NCBI GenBank assembly: GCA_963798845.1
Contig: CAWCUS010000006.1
Coordinates: 352,001-416,000 of the forward strand
Direction of reading: 5' to 3'
DNA from: an uncultured Gemmatimonadales bacterium
Lineage (GTDB): Bacteria > Gemmatimonadota > Gemmatimonadetes > Longimicrobiales > RSA9
Length of the DNA: 64,000 nt
The notes below the pieces were generated by a model that was given only the letters and a program-made list of their open reading frames with translations, was not told where the DNA came from and searched no databases. Made by a program: the position numbers and the translations under genes. Below, in pieces: positions 39,217-48,305 of the stretch. Position 1 is the stretch's first letter. The number at the start of each line of letters is the position of its first letter.

Positions 39217-39495
39217 TCAGCGGGCGGCGTCGAGCTCGCGGGCCAGGTCGAAGTCCCGGTGCGTGAGCCCGCCCTCACTGTGGGTCGAGAGGGCGCACGA
39301 CACGCGGTCGTAGCGGATGTCGATGTCGGGATGGTGGTTGGCCCGCTCCGCCAGCTCCGCGATGCGGTTGACGAAGGCGATCGCCCCGGCGAAGGAATCG
39401 CAGGTGTAGGTTTTCCGGATGGCGCTCCCTTCCCGTGTCCACCCATGCAGCTCGTCCAGCTTGCGTCCGATATCCACGTCGTCCAGCAGGGGCAT
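39217..39495 (-). CDS. 4a-hydroxytetrahydrobiopterin dehydratase (PCD)
   Basis: AERANHHPDIDI and STHSEGGLT motifs; GGAGG RBS. Confidence 0.93.
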   Translation of the reverse strand: MPLLDDVDIGRKLDELHGWTREGSAIRKTYTCDSFAGAIAFVNRIAELAERANHHPDIDIRYDRVSCALSTHSEGGLTHRDFDLARELDAAR

Positions 39496-39621
39496 GCGTC
39501 CTCCTCGGACCATGATGGTGTGGGCAACGTGCGCCCCAGCCGCCGCGCGGGGCAAGGGTAGCGCCAACGCGGGGTGCGCCATTGCCTTTTCCCCCCGGCT
39601 CGCCCACCTTCTAGACCGATC

Positions 39622-40617
39622 GTGACCGAGATACTGATCACCGGCGCAACCGGCTTCGTCGGCTCGCATCTCGTCGAGCTGCTTGGCCGGCGGGGGCTGC
39701 GCGCGCGGGCACTGGTGCGGGCCACGAGCGACACCGCTCTGATCCGCCACCACGGGCTCGAGTGCGTCCCGGGTGATGTCACCGATTCAGCATCCCTGAC
39801 GGAGGCCGTTCGGGGAGCGGATGTGGTGATGCACCTGGCCGGGGCCACCCGGGCGCTGACGGCGGACGAGTTCTTCCGCGTCAATGCCGGCGGTACCCGG
39901 AACCTCCTGGCCGCGCTGGGAGGCGGCGACGGCCGTCGCGTGGTGCTTCTAAGCTCTCTAGCCGCGGCGGGTCCTGCGCGCGGGCGCGAGGTTCGCCCGG
40001 GCGACGAGCCCCGGCCGCTGACCGCTTACGGGCGCAGCAAGGTCGAGGCCGAGCGCCTGGTCCTCGGGCACCCGGGGATATCGGGTGTGGTGCTGCGGCC
40101 GCCTGCGGTATACGGTCCGAGGGATCGTGACCTGTTGACGTTCTTCAAGCTTGCGCGGTGGGGGATCCTGCCCGCGCTCGGTGGAGCGGACCGGCGCCTG
40201 CAGATGGTCCACGCCACCGACGTGGCGGAGGCCGTGATGGCCGCGGCGGAAGGCTCGGCGACAGGGATATTCCACATCGCCGAGCCAACCTCGTACGCGT
40301 GGGGTGAGGTGCTGGACCGCGTGGCCCGGGCCGTCGGGCGAGCGGGAGTGCGCGTACGGGTGCCGGGTGCGGCAGTGAGGGCGGCGGCTGGGGTCAGCGA
40401 GCTGATCGGGCGGATGCTGCGGCGGCCGGGCATCTTCGATCGGGACAAGGCCAGCGAGCTGCTGGCGGATGCATGGCTGTGTGAAACCGATGCGGCGTTC
40501 GAAGCGTTCGGTTTCCGGGCATCCGTGCCGCTCGGAGAAGGACTGAAGGAGACGGCGGACTGGTACACGGCACACGGCTGGCTTCAGGCCGTGGGCGGCA
40601 CCGAGGCAGCGATATGA
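39622..40617 (+). CDS. NAD-dependent epimerase/dehydratase (extended SDR), candidate ceramide reductase CerR
   Basis: TGATGFVG and YGRSK motifs; ATGA overlap with the spt-like gene. Confidence 0.75.
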   Translation: MTEILITGATGFVGSHLVELLGRRGLRARALVRATSDTALIRHHGLECVPGDVTDSASLTEAVRGADVVMHLAGATRALTADEFFRVNAGGTRNLLAALGGGDGRRVVLLSSLAAAGPARGREVRPGDEPRPLTAYGRSKVEAERLVLGHPGISGVVLRPPAVYGPRDRDLLTFFKLARWGILPALGGADRRLQMVHATDVAEAVMAAAEGSATGIFHIAEPTSYAWGEVLDRVARAVGRAGVRVRVPGAAVRAAAGVSELIGRMLRRPGIFDRDKASELLADAWLCETDAAFEAFGFRASVPLGEGLKETADWYTAHGWLQAVGGTEAAI

Positions 40618-41801
40618 GTCTCTTTGAAAAGTGCTACGGCTTTACCCAGGCTCGCGAAGTCCAGGCGGCCGGGTACTACCCGTACTTTCGGGCGATCCAG
40701 GAGTCGCACGACACCGAAGTGCTCATCGACGGTGAGCGCAAGGTCATGGTCGGATCGAACAACTACCTCGGTCTGACGCACCATCCCAGGGTGGTGGCCG
40801 CGGCGGCGGATGCCATCCGTCGTTACGGCAGCGGGTGCACCGGGAGCCGGTTCCTCAATGGCACGCTGGACCTGCACGAGCGGCTGGAGGCGGAGCTGGC
40901 GGAGTTTCTGAACAAGGAAGCCGCCCTGGTCTTCAGCACCGGGTTCCAGACGAACCTCGGCGCCATCGCCACGCTGGCGGGCCGCAACGACTTCATCATC
41001 TCCGACAAGCTGAATCACGCCAGCATCGTGGACGCATCGCGGCTCGCCTACGCCGAGGTCCAGCGGTACGCCCACAACGACATGGACGCGCTGGAGCGAG
41101 TGCTCCAGAAGCTGCCGGATGAGGCCGGAAAGCTGATCGTCACCGACGGCATCTTCTCGATGGAAGGGGATATCACCGACCTTCCGGCCATCACTTCGCT
41201 GGCGGAGGTCCACGGCGCCAAGGTGCTGGTGGACGATGCCCACGCGTTCGGCGTGCTCGGACACCGGGGCGCCGGCACGGCGGAGCACTTCGGCCTGGAG
41301 AACGAAGTGGACCTCATTGTCACCACGTTCTCCAAATCGCTGGCGTCCATCGGCGGCGTCGTGGCCGGGCCGGAGCCCGTGATCCATTACCTGAAGCACC
41401 ACGCCCGTCCGCTCATCTTCAGCGCGAGCATGCCTCCGTCGGCGGTTGCCACGGTGCTCGCCGCGCTCGACGTGCTGCGCACCGAGCCGGAGCGGATCGA
41501 CGCCCTGTGGCGCAACACCCGCAAGATGCAGCAGGGGCTGAAGGACCTCGGGTACGACATCGGTATGAGCGAGACTCCCATCATCCCGGTCGTGATCGGC
41601 GAGCTGGACCGTCTGCTCATGTTCTGGCGGGAGATCTTCGACGCCGGCGTCTTCACCAACCCGGTCACTCCGCCTGCGGTGCCCGAGAACTCCTGCCGGC
41701 TCCGGATCTCCCTCATGGCGACGCACACCGACGAGCACATCGAGCGCGTCCTGGAAGCGTTCGCACACGTAGGGCGGCAGATGGCGGTGATCCAGCCGTG
41801 A
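40614..41801 (+). CDS. spt: Alpha-oxoamine synthase, probable serine palmitoyltransferase
   Basis: YPYFRAI...DTEV...GSNNYLGL, GSRFLNGT, NHASI, DDAH and TFSKSLASIGG, resembling Bacteroidota-type Spt; gene context agrees. Confidence 0.75.
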   Translation: MSLFEKCYGFTQAREVQAAGYYPYFRAIQESHDTEVLIDGERKVMVGSNNYLGLTHHPRVVAAAADAIRRYGSGCTGSRFLNGTLDLHERLEAELAEFLNKEAALVFSTGFQTNLGAIATLAGRNDFIISDKLNHASIVDASRLAYAEVQRYAHNDMDALERVLQKLPDEAGKLIVTDGIFSMEGDITDLPAITSLAEVHGAKVLVDDAHAFGVLGHRGAGTAEHFGLENEVDLIVTTFSKSLASIGGVVAGPEPVIHYLKHHARPLIFSASMPPSAVATVLAALDVLRTEPERIDALWRNTRKMQQGLKDLGYDIGMSETPIIPVVIGELDRLLMFWREIFDAGVFTNPVTPPAVPENSCRLRISLMATHTDEHIERVLEAFAHVGRQMAVIQP

Positions 41802-42940
41802 GCGGAGCGGCGGGAAGCGCGGTGCTGGTGGCACCCGCCAGAGACAGGGCAACCCGGGAGCGTTTCATACGCTTCCCGTGGAAGGTGTACGCCGGCGACC
41901 CGGCGTGGGTTCCGCCGCTCCTGGCCGATGTCCGCAAGCTGCTCGACCCTGCACACCCGTTCCATCAGCACGCCGACTCGGAGTTCTTCCTGGCGCTGCG
42001 CGACGGGGATGTCGTGGGCCGCATCGCCGCGGTCGTGAATCACGTGTACAACGATTTCCACGAGACCCGGACCGGATTCATCGGGCTGTTCGAGTCGGTG
42101 GACGACGATGCGGTTGCGGGCGCGCTGCTGGACACCGCCGCGGACTGGCTCGTGGCGCGCGGGATGAGCGAGGTGATCGGGCCGTTCAACCTCTCCACGA
42201 ACGACGAGCTCTACTCGCCCGGGATCCTGCTGGACGCCTTCGAGCGGCCTCCGGTCCTCCTGATGGCGCACAACCCGCCGTACTACCGCCGCCTGTTCGA
42301 GGCCGCAGGATGGGAAAAGCAGCGGGACCTGCTGGCGTACTGGCTGGATGGAGAGGAGCTTCCGAAGCGCCTGGTCCGGGGCGTGGAGCGGCTGACGGGC
42401 AGCATCGAGGGTCTCGAGGTCCGGCAGCTGGAGATGAAACGGCTCGACCGCGAGGTGGAGCTGATCAAGGACGTCTACAACAGCGCGTGGCAGCGGAACT
42501 GGGGCTTCGCGCCGCTGACCGATGCGGAGATCCAGCACCTCGCCCACGACCTGAAGCCGATCGTCGACCCGCGCTTCGCCCTCATCGCCGAGGTGCGTGG
42601 CGAGCCCGTGGGCTTCGCCCTCGCCCTTCCCGATTTCAACCAGGCGCTCAAGCACGTCAACGGGCGCCTCTTTCCGATCGGGATCTTCAAGCTGCTCTGG
42701 TACCGACGACGCATCGATCGCGTCCGCGTCTTCACGCTCGGGCTCAAGCCCGAGTACCAGCGGCGGGGCATCGACGCGCTGTTCTACCTGCGCATCTACG
42801 AGAACGGGTTTGCGGCCGGAATCCACAAGGCCGAAGCTTCGTGGATCCTGGAGGACAACTGGGGCATGCGCCGGGGGCTCGAGCGCATGGGCGCGTACGT
42901 GTACAAGACCTATCGCGTCTACGGTCGCGCCCTCGCCTGA
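41798..42940 (+). CDS. GNAT-related N-acyltransferase, probable bacterial ceramide synthase (bCerS)
   Basis: WVPPL, GRIAA, GPFNLSTNDE, HNPPYY, NWGFAP, LPDFNQ and SWILEDN motifs; GTGA overlap with spt. Confidence 0.7.
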   Translation: MSGAAGSAVLVAPARDRATRERFIRFPWKVYAGDPAWVPPLLADVRKLLDPAHPFHQHADSEFFLALRDGDVVGRIAAVVNHVYNDFHETRTGFIGLFESVDDDAVAGALLDTAADWLVARGMSEVIGPFNLSTNDELYSPGILLDAFERPPVLLMAHNPPYYRRLFEAAGWEKQRDLLAYWLDGEELPKRLVRGVERLTGSIEGLEVRQLEMKRLDREVELIKDVYNSAWQRNWGFAPLTDAEIQHLAHDLKPIVDPRFALIAEVRGEPVGFALALPDFNQALKHVNGRLFPIGIFKLLWYRRRIDRVRVFTLGLKPEYQRRGIDALFYLRIYENGFAAGIHKAEASWILEDNWGMRRGLERMGAYVYKTYRVYGRALA

Positions 42941-42955
42941 GTCCCGCCCGCCCGT

Positions 42956-43732
42956 GTGTCACGGCCGTCGCAGTCCACAGCCGTGAGACGCGCCGCCACT
43001 GCGGTGGCCGCCGCGCTGCTTCTGGCACTCACGGCTGGCGCGTGGCTCGTCCTCGGCGGCCTGGACTGGCCCGCCCGCGCATTCACGGCGGCGCTGCTCG
43101 TCCCGATCCCGGCCGCCCTCGGCCTCCAGGCCCTCCTGCTCGACCAGCTCCCCGCTGAAGAGGCTCGCGAGTCCGTCTACACCTCGTCGGCCGCGTCCAT
43201 ATGGGTGCTCGCGGGCGCTGCCATGCTGGCCGCACGCTTCAGCGAATTCACGCGCGCCGAGCTCTGGCTCAGCGCCGCTCCGCCCGGGATCACGGCCCTT
43301 GCCGCAGCCGGCGCCTTCGGCGCGGGCATCGGCATCATGGTCATTGCGCGGCTGCTCCGCTTCCCCGAGCCCGAAATCGTCTCGTATCTGATCCCGCGCT
43401 CCACGAGCGAGAAGATCGCGTTCACCGGGCTGTCCATCTCCGCCGGCATCGCGGAGGAGCTGGTGTTCAGGAGCTTCCTGATGGCGGCACTGGCGCGCGC
43501 CTTCGGGTCGCTGCCCCTGGCCGTGGCCGCCAGCATCGCCGTCTTCTCGGTGGCTCACGCGTACCAGGGCTGGCGGGGGCTCGCCCAGGTGGCGCTGCTC
43601 GCCGGCATTCTCACCGCCCCGCTGCTCCTGACCGGGAGCGTCTACCCGGCCATGGCCGCGCACGCGGCGCTGGACATCGCTGCCGGCCTCTTCCTCCACC
43701 CCTTGCTCGAGCCGGAAGCGCCACGGGATTGA
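42956..43732 (+). CDS. CPBP (CAAX protease-like) intramembrane metalloprotease
   Basis: EELVFR, FSVAH and AHAALD motifs; multiple TM helices. Confidence 0.88.
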   Translation: MSRPSQSTAVRRAATAVAAALLLALTAGAWLVLGGLDWPARAFTAALLVPIPAALGLQALLLDQLPAEEARESVYTSSAASIWVLAGAAMLAARFSEFTRAELWLSAAPPGITALAAAGAFGAGIGIMVIARLLRFPEPEIVSYLIPRSTSEKIAFTGLSISAGIAEELVFRSFLMAALARAFGSLPLAVAASIAVFSVAHAYQGWRGLAQVALLAGILTAPLLLTGSVYPAMAAHAALDIAAGLFLHPLLEPEAPRD

Positions 43733-43951
43733 CACGCCACAGCCGCCGCTGCCAGCTTCTGTGGTACCCACACCGCAACATCGTGAAAGAACGCAGCACG
43801 TTTTTTCCGGGCGCTCGTGCTCCCCACCGTGGAGATCGAGCTCTCTGTCCCTCCCGGAAGTTGGCTTTCTCCGGCAGATACTGGCCGGATTCAGCGGGTT
43901 CCCGCATCACATGTCGGCAGCGCCGCTCCTCCGTCGAGGTGTGCGGGGAAC

Positions 43952-43968
43952 CGGGAACGGGCATTGCA
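43952..43968 (+). promoter_or_regulatory. Possible sigma54 (-24/-12) promoter
   Basis: cgGGAACGggcaTTGCA; GG (43954-55), N10, GC (43966-67), about 60 nt before the ATG at 44029. Confidence 0.4.
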
Positions 43969-44028
43969 CGTACACACAGGCGGGCATGGGGTCGCCCGGG
44001 CGGGCGACGGCCGGAGAGGATCGAGGCC

Positions 44029-44445
44029 ATGATTCTGCGGATCTCGTACGAGGAAGTGACGGCACTGAATGCCGCTGCCGAGCGACTGCTGTCGTCGAGG
44101 TCCGGCGGAGGAGTCGTCGCGGCGCCGCCGGAGCTGCTGGCCGAGCTGGAGTCGAGGCTCCCGCTGCCCGGCGACATCTCGCTCGAGACCCTGGCGGAGC
44201 AGATGCGACTTTCGCGCGCACTGGACGTGGTGCAGGAGCATCTCAAGCGCCGGATGGACGCGCTGGTGATGGAGCAGTACGTGGGCTCCGACGACGCGGT
44301 CAACGCGTACTTCGACTACGCCCACCTTCTCACGGTCCGCTCGCGGCTGCGCGGCATCGGTCGCGAGATGGAGCTGATGATCGAGCTCATGACGGGCGAA
44401 TCGCCCACGCAGGACGTAGCGACGGACGTGACCTTCCCGGATTGA
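44029..44445 (+). CDS. Hypothetical protein
   Basis: ATG follows an RBS-like GAGG; helical, protein-like composition (MILRISYEEV...VTFPD). Confidence 0.7.
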   Translation: MILRISYEEVTALNAAAERLLSSRSGGGVVAAPPELLAELESRLPLPGDISLETLAEQMRLSRALDVVQEHLKRRMDALVMEQYVGSDDAVNAYFDYAHLLTVRSRLRGIGREMELMIELMTGESPTQDVATDVTFPD

Positions 44446-44468
44446 CGGCCGGGCAGAAGCCGTGGAAA

Positions 44469-45269
44469 ATGAGAGCGGCCGGACCAGCAGGGTCCGGCCG
44501 CTCCGTCATCGGGGAGGCAGTGATCGACACCACGACCGCCCGGCCGCCGGACCTCTCGCACGAAACAGTCTTCATCACCGGAGCGTCGCGTGGGCTCGGC
44601 GCCGCGCTCGCGCTCGCTTTCGCCCGCGCCGGTGCACGCCTGGTGCTGTGCGCGCGGGGGGAGGACGCGCTGGCCGACGCTGCAGGGCGAGCTGCAGGGG
44701 AGGGGTCGAGCGTGGAGTGGCGCGCGGCGGACGTGACAGATGAAGCGGCGGTGCGTGCGCTGGTCCTGGCGGCGGAGCAACGGCTCGGCCCGATCTCCGT
44801 GCTGGTGAACAACGCGTCGATGCTCGGATCCCGCGTCCCCTTGCGGGAACAGCGCCTCGCAGACTGGAGGCGGACGCTGGCCGTGAACGTCACGGGGACG
44901 CTCATCCCGGTCCAGGCTGTGCTGCCGGGGATGCGGCGTGCGGGCCGTGGCTCCATCATCAACGTCACGTCGGGAGTGGGGAACGTCGCGCGCAGGCGCT
45001 GGGGCGCATACGCCGTGGGGAAGTGGGCGGTGGAGGGGCTGACGTGGAACCTGGCGCTGGAAGAGGCTGAGGTCGGCATCCGGGTGAACGCGGTGGATCC
45101 GGGACGGCTGCGCACGGACATGCGCCGAGCCGCGTATCCGGAGGAGGATCCGGAGGACCCGGCGCCGCCGGAATCGGCCGTGGGCGTGTTCCTGTGGCTG
45201 GCCTCCAGCGCGTCGGCCGGGGTAACGGGCGAGCGCTTCCAAGCGCTCGAATGGAATCGACAGGGATGA
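44469..45269 (+). CDS. SDR family oxidoreductase
   Basis: TGASRGLG, NNAS, YAVGK and VNAVDPG motifs. The start could be 44520. Confidence 0.9.
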   Translation: MRAAGPAGSGRSVIGEAVIDTTTARPPDLSHETVFITGASRGLGAALALAFARAGARLVLCARGEDALADAAGRAAGEGSSVEWRAADVTDEAAVRALVLAAEQRLGPISVLVNNASMLGSRVPLREQRLADWRRTLAVNVTGTLIPVQAVLPGMRRAGRGSIINVTSGVGNVARRRWGAYAVGKWAVEGLTWNLALEEAEVGIRVNAVDPGRLRTDMRRAAYPEEDPEDPAPPESAVGVFLWLASSASAGVTGERFQALEWNRQG

Positions 45270-45312
45270 CCAGGGACCCGCGCGGGTCCGAACTCGAACA
45301 GGAGACCGATCG

Positions 45313-45642
45313 ATGCGACGCCTTCACCTCCCGCTCGTCCTGCTTCTCGGCATCGCGGCCAGTGCGTGCACCCGTGGGGTGACGCTGAACCCCGAGCCGG
45401 AGACGACCTATGCCGTCAACGTGACCAACGACCTGGGCGAGGCGATGATCGTCTCCTTCGACGACGGGAGCGGCACCCGCCTCCTGGGCACCGTGGCGGC
45501 GGGGAACACGGAGCGCTTCGTCGTGGCGGGCAGCGCCAACCAGACGGTCTCGATCACGGCACGCAACGAGTCGGATTCGCGCACGGTGCGCCGGACCGTC
45601 ACGCTGGTACCGGGGGGCACAGTGGACGTGCGCTTGAATTGA
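45313..45642 (+). CDS. Small beta-rich lipoprotein, hypothetical
   Basis: Signal peptide with ASAC lipobox; AGGAG RBS. Confidence 0.75.
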   Translation: MRRLHLPLVLLLGIAASACTRGVTLNPEPETTYAVNVTNDLGEAMIVSFDDGSGTRLLGTVAAGNTERFVVAGSANQTVSITARNESDSRTVRRTVTLVPGGTVDVRLN

Positions 45643-45714
45643 CTGGAGCGGAGCGAGAGGAGGGGAGGGGAGCTGCGGGCGCGCGGGTGCCCTGCCCCGC
45701 CGCCGGCCCCGCGC

Positions 45715-46803
45715 TCAGTCGCCGAAGGAGATTCCGAGGTCGCGGGCAGTCTGGACGATGTCCGAGTCCAGCGGCACGGCCTTGATCCGGGCGATCGCCT
45801 CCTCGAGCGGAACGGCGTGAACCTCCGGCGGATCGAGGGCCACCATCGTTCCGTACTTCTTCTCCTCCACGGCGCGGATGGCGGCCGCACCGAAGCGGAG
45901 CGCGATGAGCCGATCATAGGCGATCGGGGATCCGCCGCGCTGGAGGTGCCCGAGCACCAGGGAGCGCGTTTCCTTCCCTGTCTCGGCGGCGACATTGGCC
46001 GCCACCCGCTCCGCCATCCCGCCGTACCTCGCCGCACGACCTGGCCGCGCCTCTTCCACCAGCGCGGGCTCACCCTCAGCGGGGCGCGCTCCTTCCGCCA
46101 CCACGATGATGGTGAAGCGGCGCCCGCTGCGGTCGCGCTCACGGATCTTCTCGTACACGCGCTCCATCCGGAACGGGATCTCCGGAATGAGGATCACGTC
46201 CGCAGTGGCGCTTACGCCGGCGTAGAGGGCGATCCAGCCCGTGTTCCGGCCCATCAATTCCACGACCATGACGCGCTCGTGGCTTTCTGCCGTGGAGTGG
46301 AGCTTGTCGAGCGCTTCCGAGGCGGTCTGGACGGCCGTGTGGAAGCCGAACGCCACCTGGGTGGCCGAAAGGTCGTTGTCGATCGTCTTGGGCACGCCCA
46401 CCACGGGCATCCCCTTCTTGGCGAGGCTGTTGGCGATGTGCAGCGAGCCGTCACCGCCGATCGCGATGAGGGAGTCGAAGCCCCGACTGCGGAACGACTC
46501 GATGAGCTCGTCCGACCGGTCGACGGTGATCATGGTCCCGTCCGGCTGCTGCACCGGCCACTCGAAGGGGTTGCCGCGGTTGGTGGTCCCGAGGATCGTG
46601 CCGCCGAGATGGGTGATCCCCCGAACGGTTTCGGAGTCCAGGCGGATGATCGCCTCCTCGCCGAGCAGCCCACCGTACCCCTTCCGGATGCCGTGCACCT
46701 CCCAGCCGCGGTTCAGCGCGGACAGCACCGTCGCCCTTATGACTGCGTTCAGGCCCGGCGCGTCGCCGCCGCCCGTGCTGATCGCCACTCGTCGAAAGCT
46801 CAT
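45715..46803 (-). CDS. pfkA: 6-phosphofructokinase
   Basis: TGGGDAPGLN, GGDG, PKTIDND, ELMGR and LGHLQRGG motifs. Confidence 0.93.
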   Translation of the reverse strand: MSFRRVAISTGGGDAPGLNAVIRATVLSALNRGWEVHGIRKGYGGLLGEEAIIRLDSETVRGITHLGGTILGTTNRGNPFEWPVQQPDGTMITVDRSDELIESFRSRGFDSLIAIGGDGSLHIANSLAKKGMPVVGVPKTIDNDLSATQVAFGFHTAVQTASEALDKLHSTAESHERVMVVELMGRNTGWIALYAGVSATADVILIPEIPFRMERVYEKIRERDRSGRRFTIIVVAEGARPAEGEPALVEEARPGRAARYGGMAERVAANVAAETGKETRSLVLGHLQRGGSPIAYDRLIALRFGAAAIRAVEEKKYGTMVALDPPEVHAVPLEEAIARIKAVPLDSDIVQTARDLGISFGD

Positions 46804-46819
46804 GCCCCGCCCCCGTCGT

Positions 46820-47044
46820 TCACGTTCCCCCGAGAGCCGCCCGCACATCCTCCCACTCCGGGTGCCGTCCCGTCCTCTTCTTCGAATAGACCAGGTCCCC
46901 GTCCCGACGGACCTCGAACACGCCTCCGCGAGACTCGATCAGCTCCACGGTGGCATCGGGGAACTCCGCCTGGATCCGTGCCTCCAACCTGGAGGCTCGC
47001 GGCAAGTAGTTTCAGATGCCGCAGTATTCGATGCTGACGTGCAT
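46820..47044 (-). CDS. SelT/SelW/SelH (Rdx) family selenoprotein, 74 aa, Sec at in-frame TGA 47012-47014
   Basis: Reads MHVSIEYCGI-TGA-NYLPRASRL...GGVFEV...VYSKK..GRHPE. CxxU motif, with GGAGG 8 nt before the ATG. Confidence 0.88.
46976..47002 (-). promoter_or_regulatory. Putative bacterial SECIS element
   Basis: Minus strand, 15 nt after UGA: GCCUCC-AGGUU-GGAGGC stem-loop with G-containing loop, extendable by CCG/CGG. Confidence 0.7.
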
Positions 47045-47179
47045 GAGACTGCCCTCCCGTTGCTGTGCCGGAGATAGGTTGCCGTTCCGACCGCTCGCGG
47101 GCAAGAAACGTACGTCGGGAAGGACGCAGCGGGCGTGTCCGGGCGGGCGGTGGGGCGCGGGGCGGGAAGGAGCGGCGGG

Positions 47180-48112
47180 TCACGCGTCGCCGGCGACGAG
47201 CATCTCGCCTTCCGTCGCGATGGCGAGCGACAGCCCCGATCCGCGGCGCTCCACGTCCGCCAGGAGCGCGTTCAGCACGTGGAGGAGCTCGTCGTCGCTT
47301 CGCTCGGGCGCGTGGTGGAAAAGGCAGAGCTTGCCCACGCCGGCGTCCTCGGCCAGGCGGACTGCCTGTGCGAAGGTGCTGTGCCCCCAGCCCTCGACGC
47401 TCCGGTACTCGGCGTCCGTGAACATGGCGTCGTGGAAAAGGATGTCCACCCCGTCGAGGAAGTCGACGAGACCCGGGTACCACCCCGGCCCATCCACCCG
47501 GTATCGCCCGCCCACCAGCTCATTGTCGGGTATGTAGGCCACTGCGGCCGACCCCGTCCGGATGCGGTAGCCGTACGTGTCTGCCGGGTGGCGGACCCGG
47601 TACGCGGCGACCTCCACGCCCCCGTCCCCCCACGCCTGTCGGGACAGGTGCTGGAAGGACAGGCTCGCGGCCAGCGATTCGTAGGGAACCGGGAAGTAGA
47701 CGGGGCCCATCTGCGCCTTGAGGAGCGTGGCAATGTCCAGCCCGTCCTGTGGTGCCGCGTGGACGCGGATGAAGCTCTCTGCCTCGTGCAGCGGGGCGAA
47801 GAAGGGGATGCCCTGGATGTGGTCCCAGTGGAAGTGGGTGAGGAAGAGGTCCACGTCCGTGACGCCGGGCTCCCGCACGAGCTCCCGGCCGAGGCCCCGG
47901 ATTCCGGTGCCGGCGTCGAAGATGTAGCGGCGCCCGGCCGCGCGGACCTCCAGGCATGGCGTGTTCCCGCCGAAGCGCACGGTGGCGGGACCCGGACTCG
48001 GGATCGACCCGCGTGTCCCCCAGCACGTCGCCCGTACGTCCGTGGCCTGAGCGGTTCCGGCTTCTGCGTCGGCGGAGGGGAGGGGGACCGGGGCTCTGGG
48101 GTCGCGATCCAT
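47180..48112 (-). CDS. MBL-fold metallo-hydrolase (phosphodiesterase-like)
   Basis: WGTRGSIP..FGGNTPC, DAGTGI, THFHWDHIQG, GWGHS and FHH motifs. Start uncertain. Confidence 0.88.
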   Translation of the reverse strand: MDRDPRAPVPLPSADAEAGTAQATDVRATCWGTRGSIPSPGPATVRFGGNTPCLEVRAAGRRYIFDAGTGIRGLGRELVREPGVTDVDLFLTHFHWDHIQGIPFFAPLHEAESFIRVHAAPQDGLDIATLLKAQMGPVYFPVPYESLAASLSFQHLSRQAWGDGGVEVAAYRVRHPADTYGYRIRTGSAAVAYIPDNELVGGRYRVDGPGWYPGLVDFLDGVDILFHDAMFTDAEYRSVEGWGHSTFAQAVRLAEDAGVGKLCLFHHAPERSDDELLHVLNALLADVERRGSGLSLAIATEGEMLVAGDA

Positions 48113-48305
48113 GCGGTCGATCGAGCGTGGGTGTGGACCGGCAAGAACGGGGAGGCGCGGCAGTTCGGGCACCATGAGCCGGTCGGGAGTGGCAAGATGA
48201 ACACACGCCGTAGCGCCGGCAAGTGACCGCTTCCCTTTTCCAGAACGTTGTTCGGGACGTAAATTCCCGACCTCTTCCCCGGAGTCCCATCCCGGAGGCG
48301 CGGTC

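Noticed and set aside
40614..41801. BioF or Kbl annotation
   Set aside because: No bio or tdh genes are adjacent, and the N-terminal motif and flanking genes fit Spt better.
44469..45269. SDR as the 3-ketosphinganine reductase of the ceramide cluster
   Set aside because: It is separated by a long intergenic gap with its own putative promoter, and shows no specific sequence evidence.
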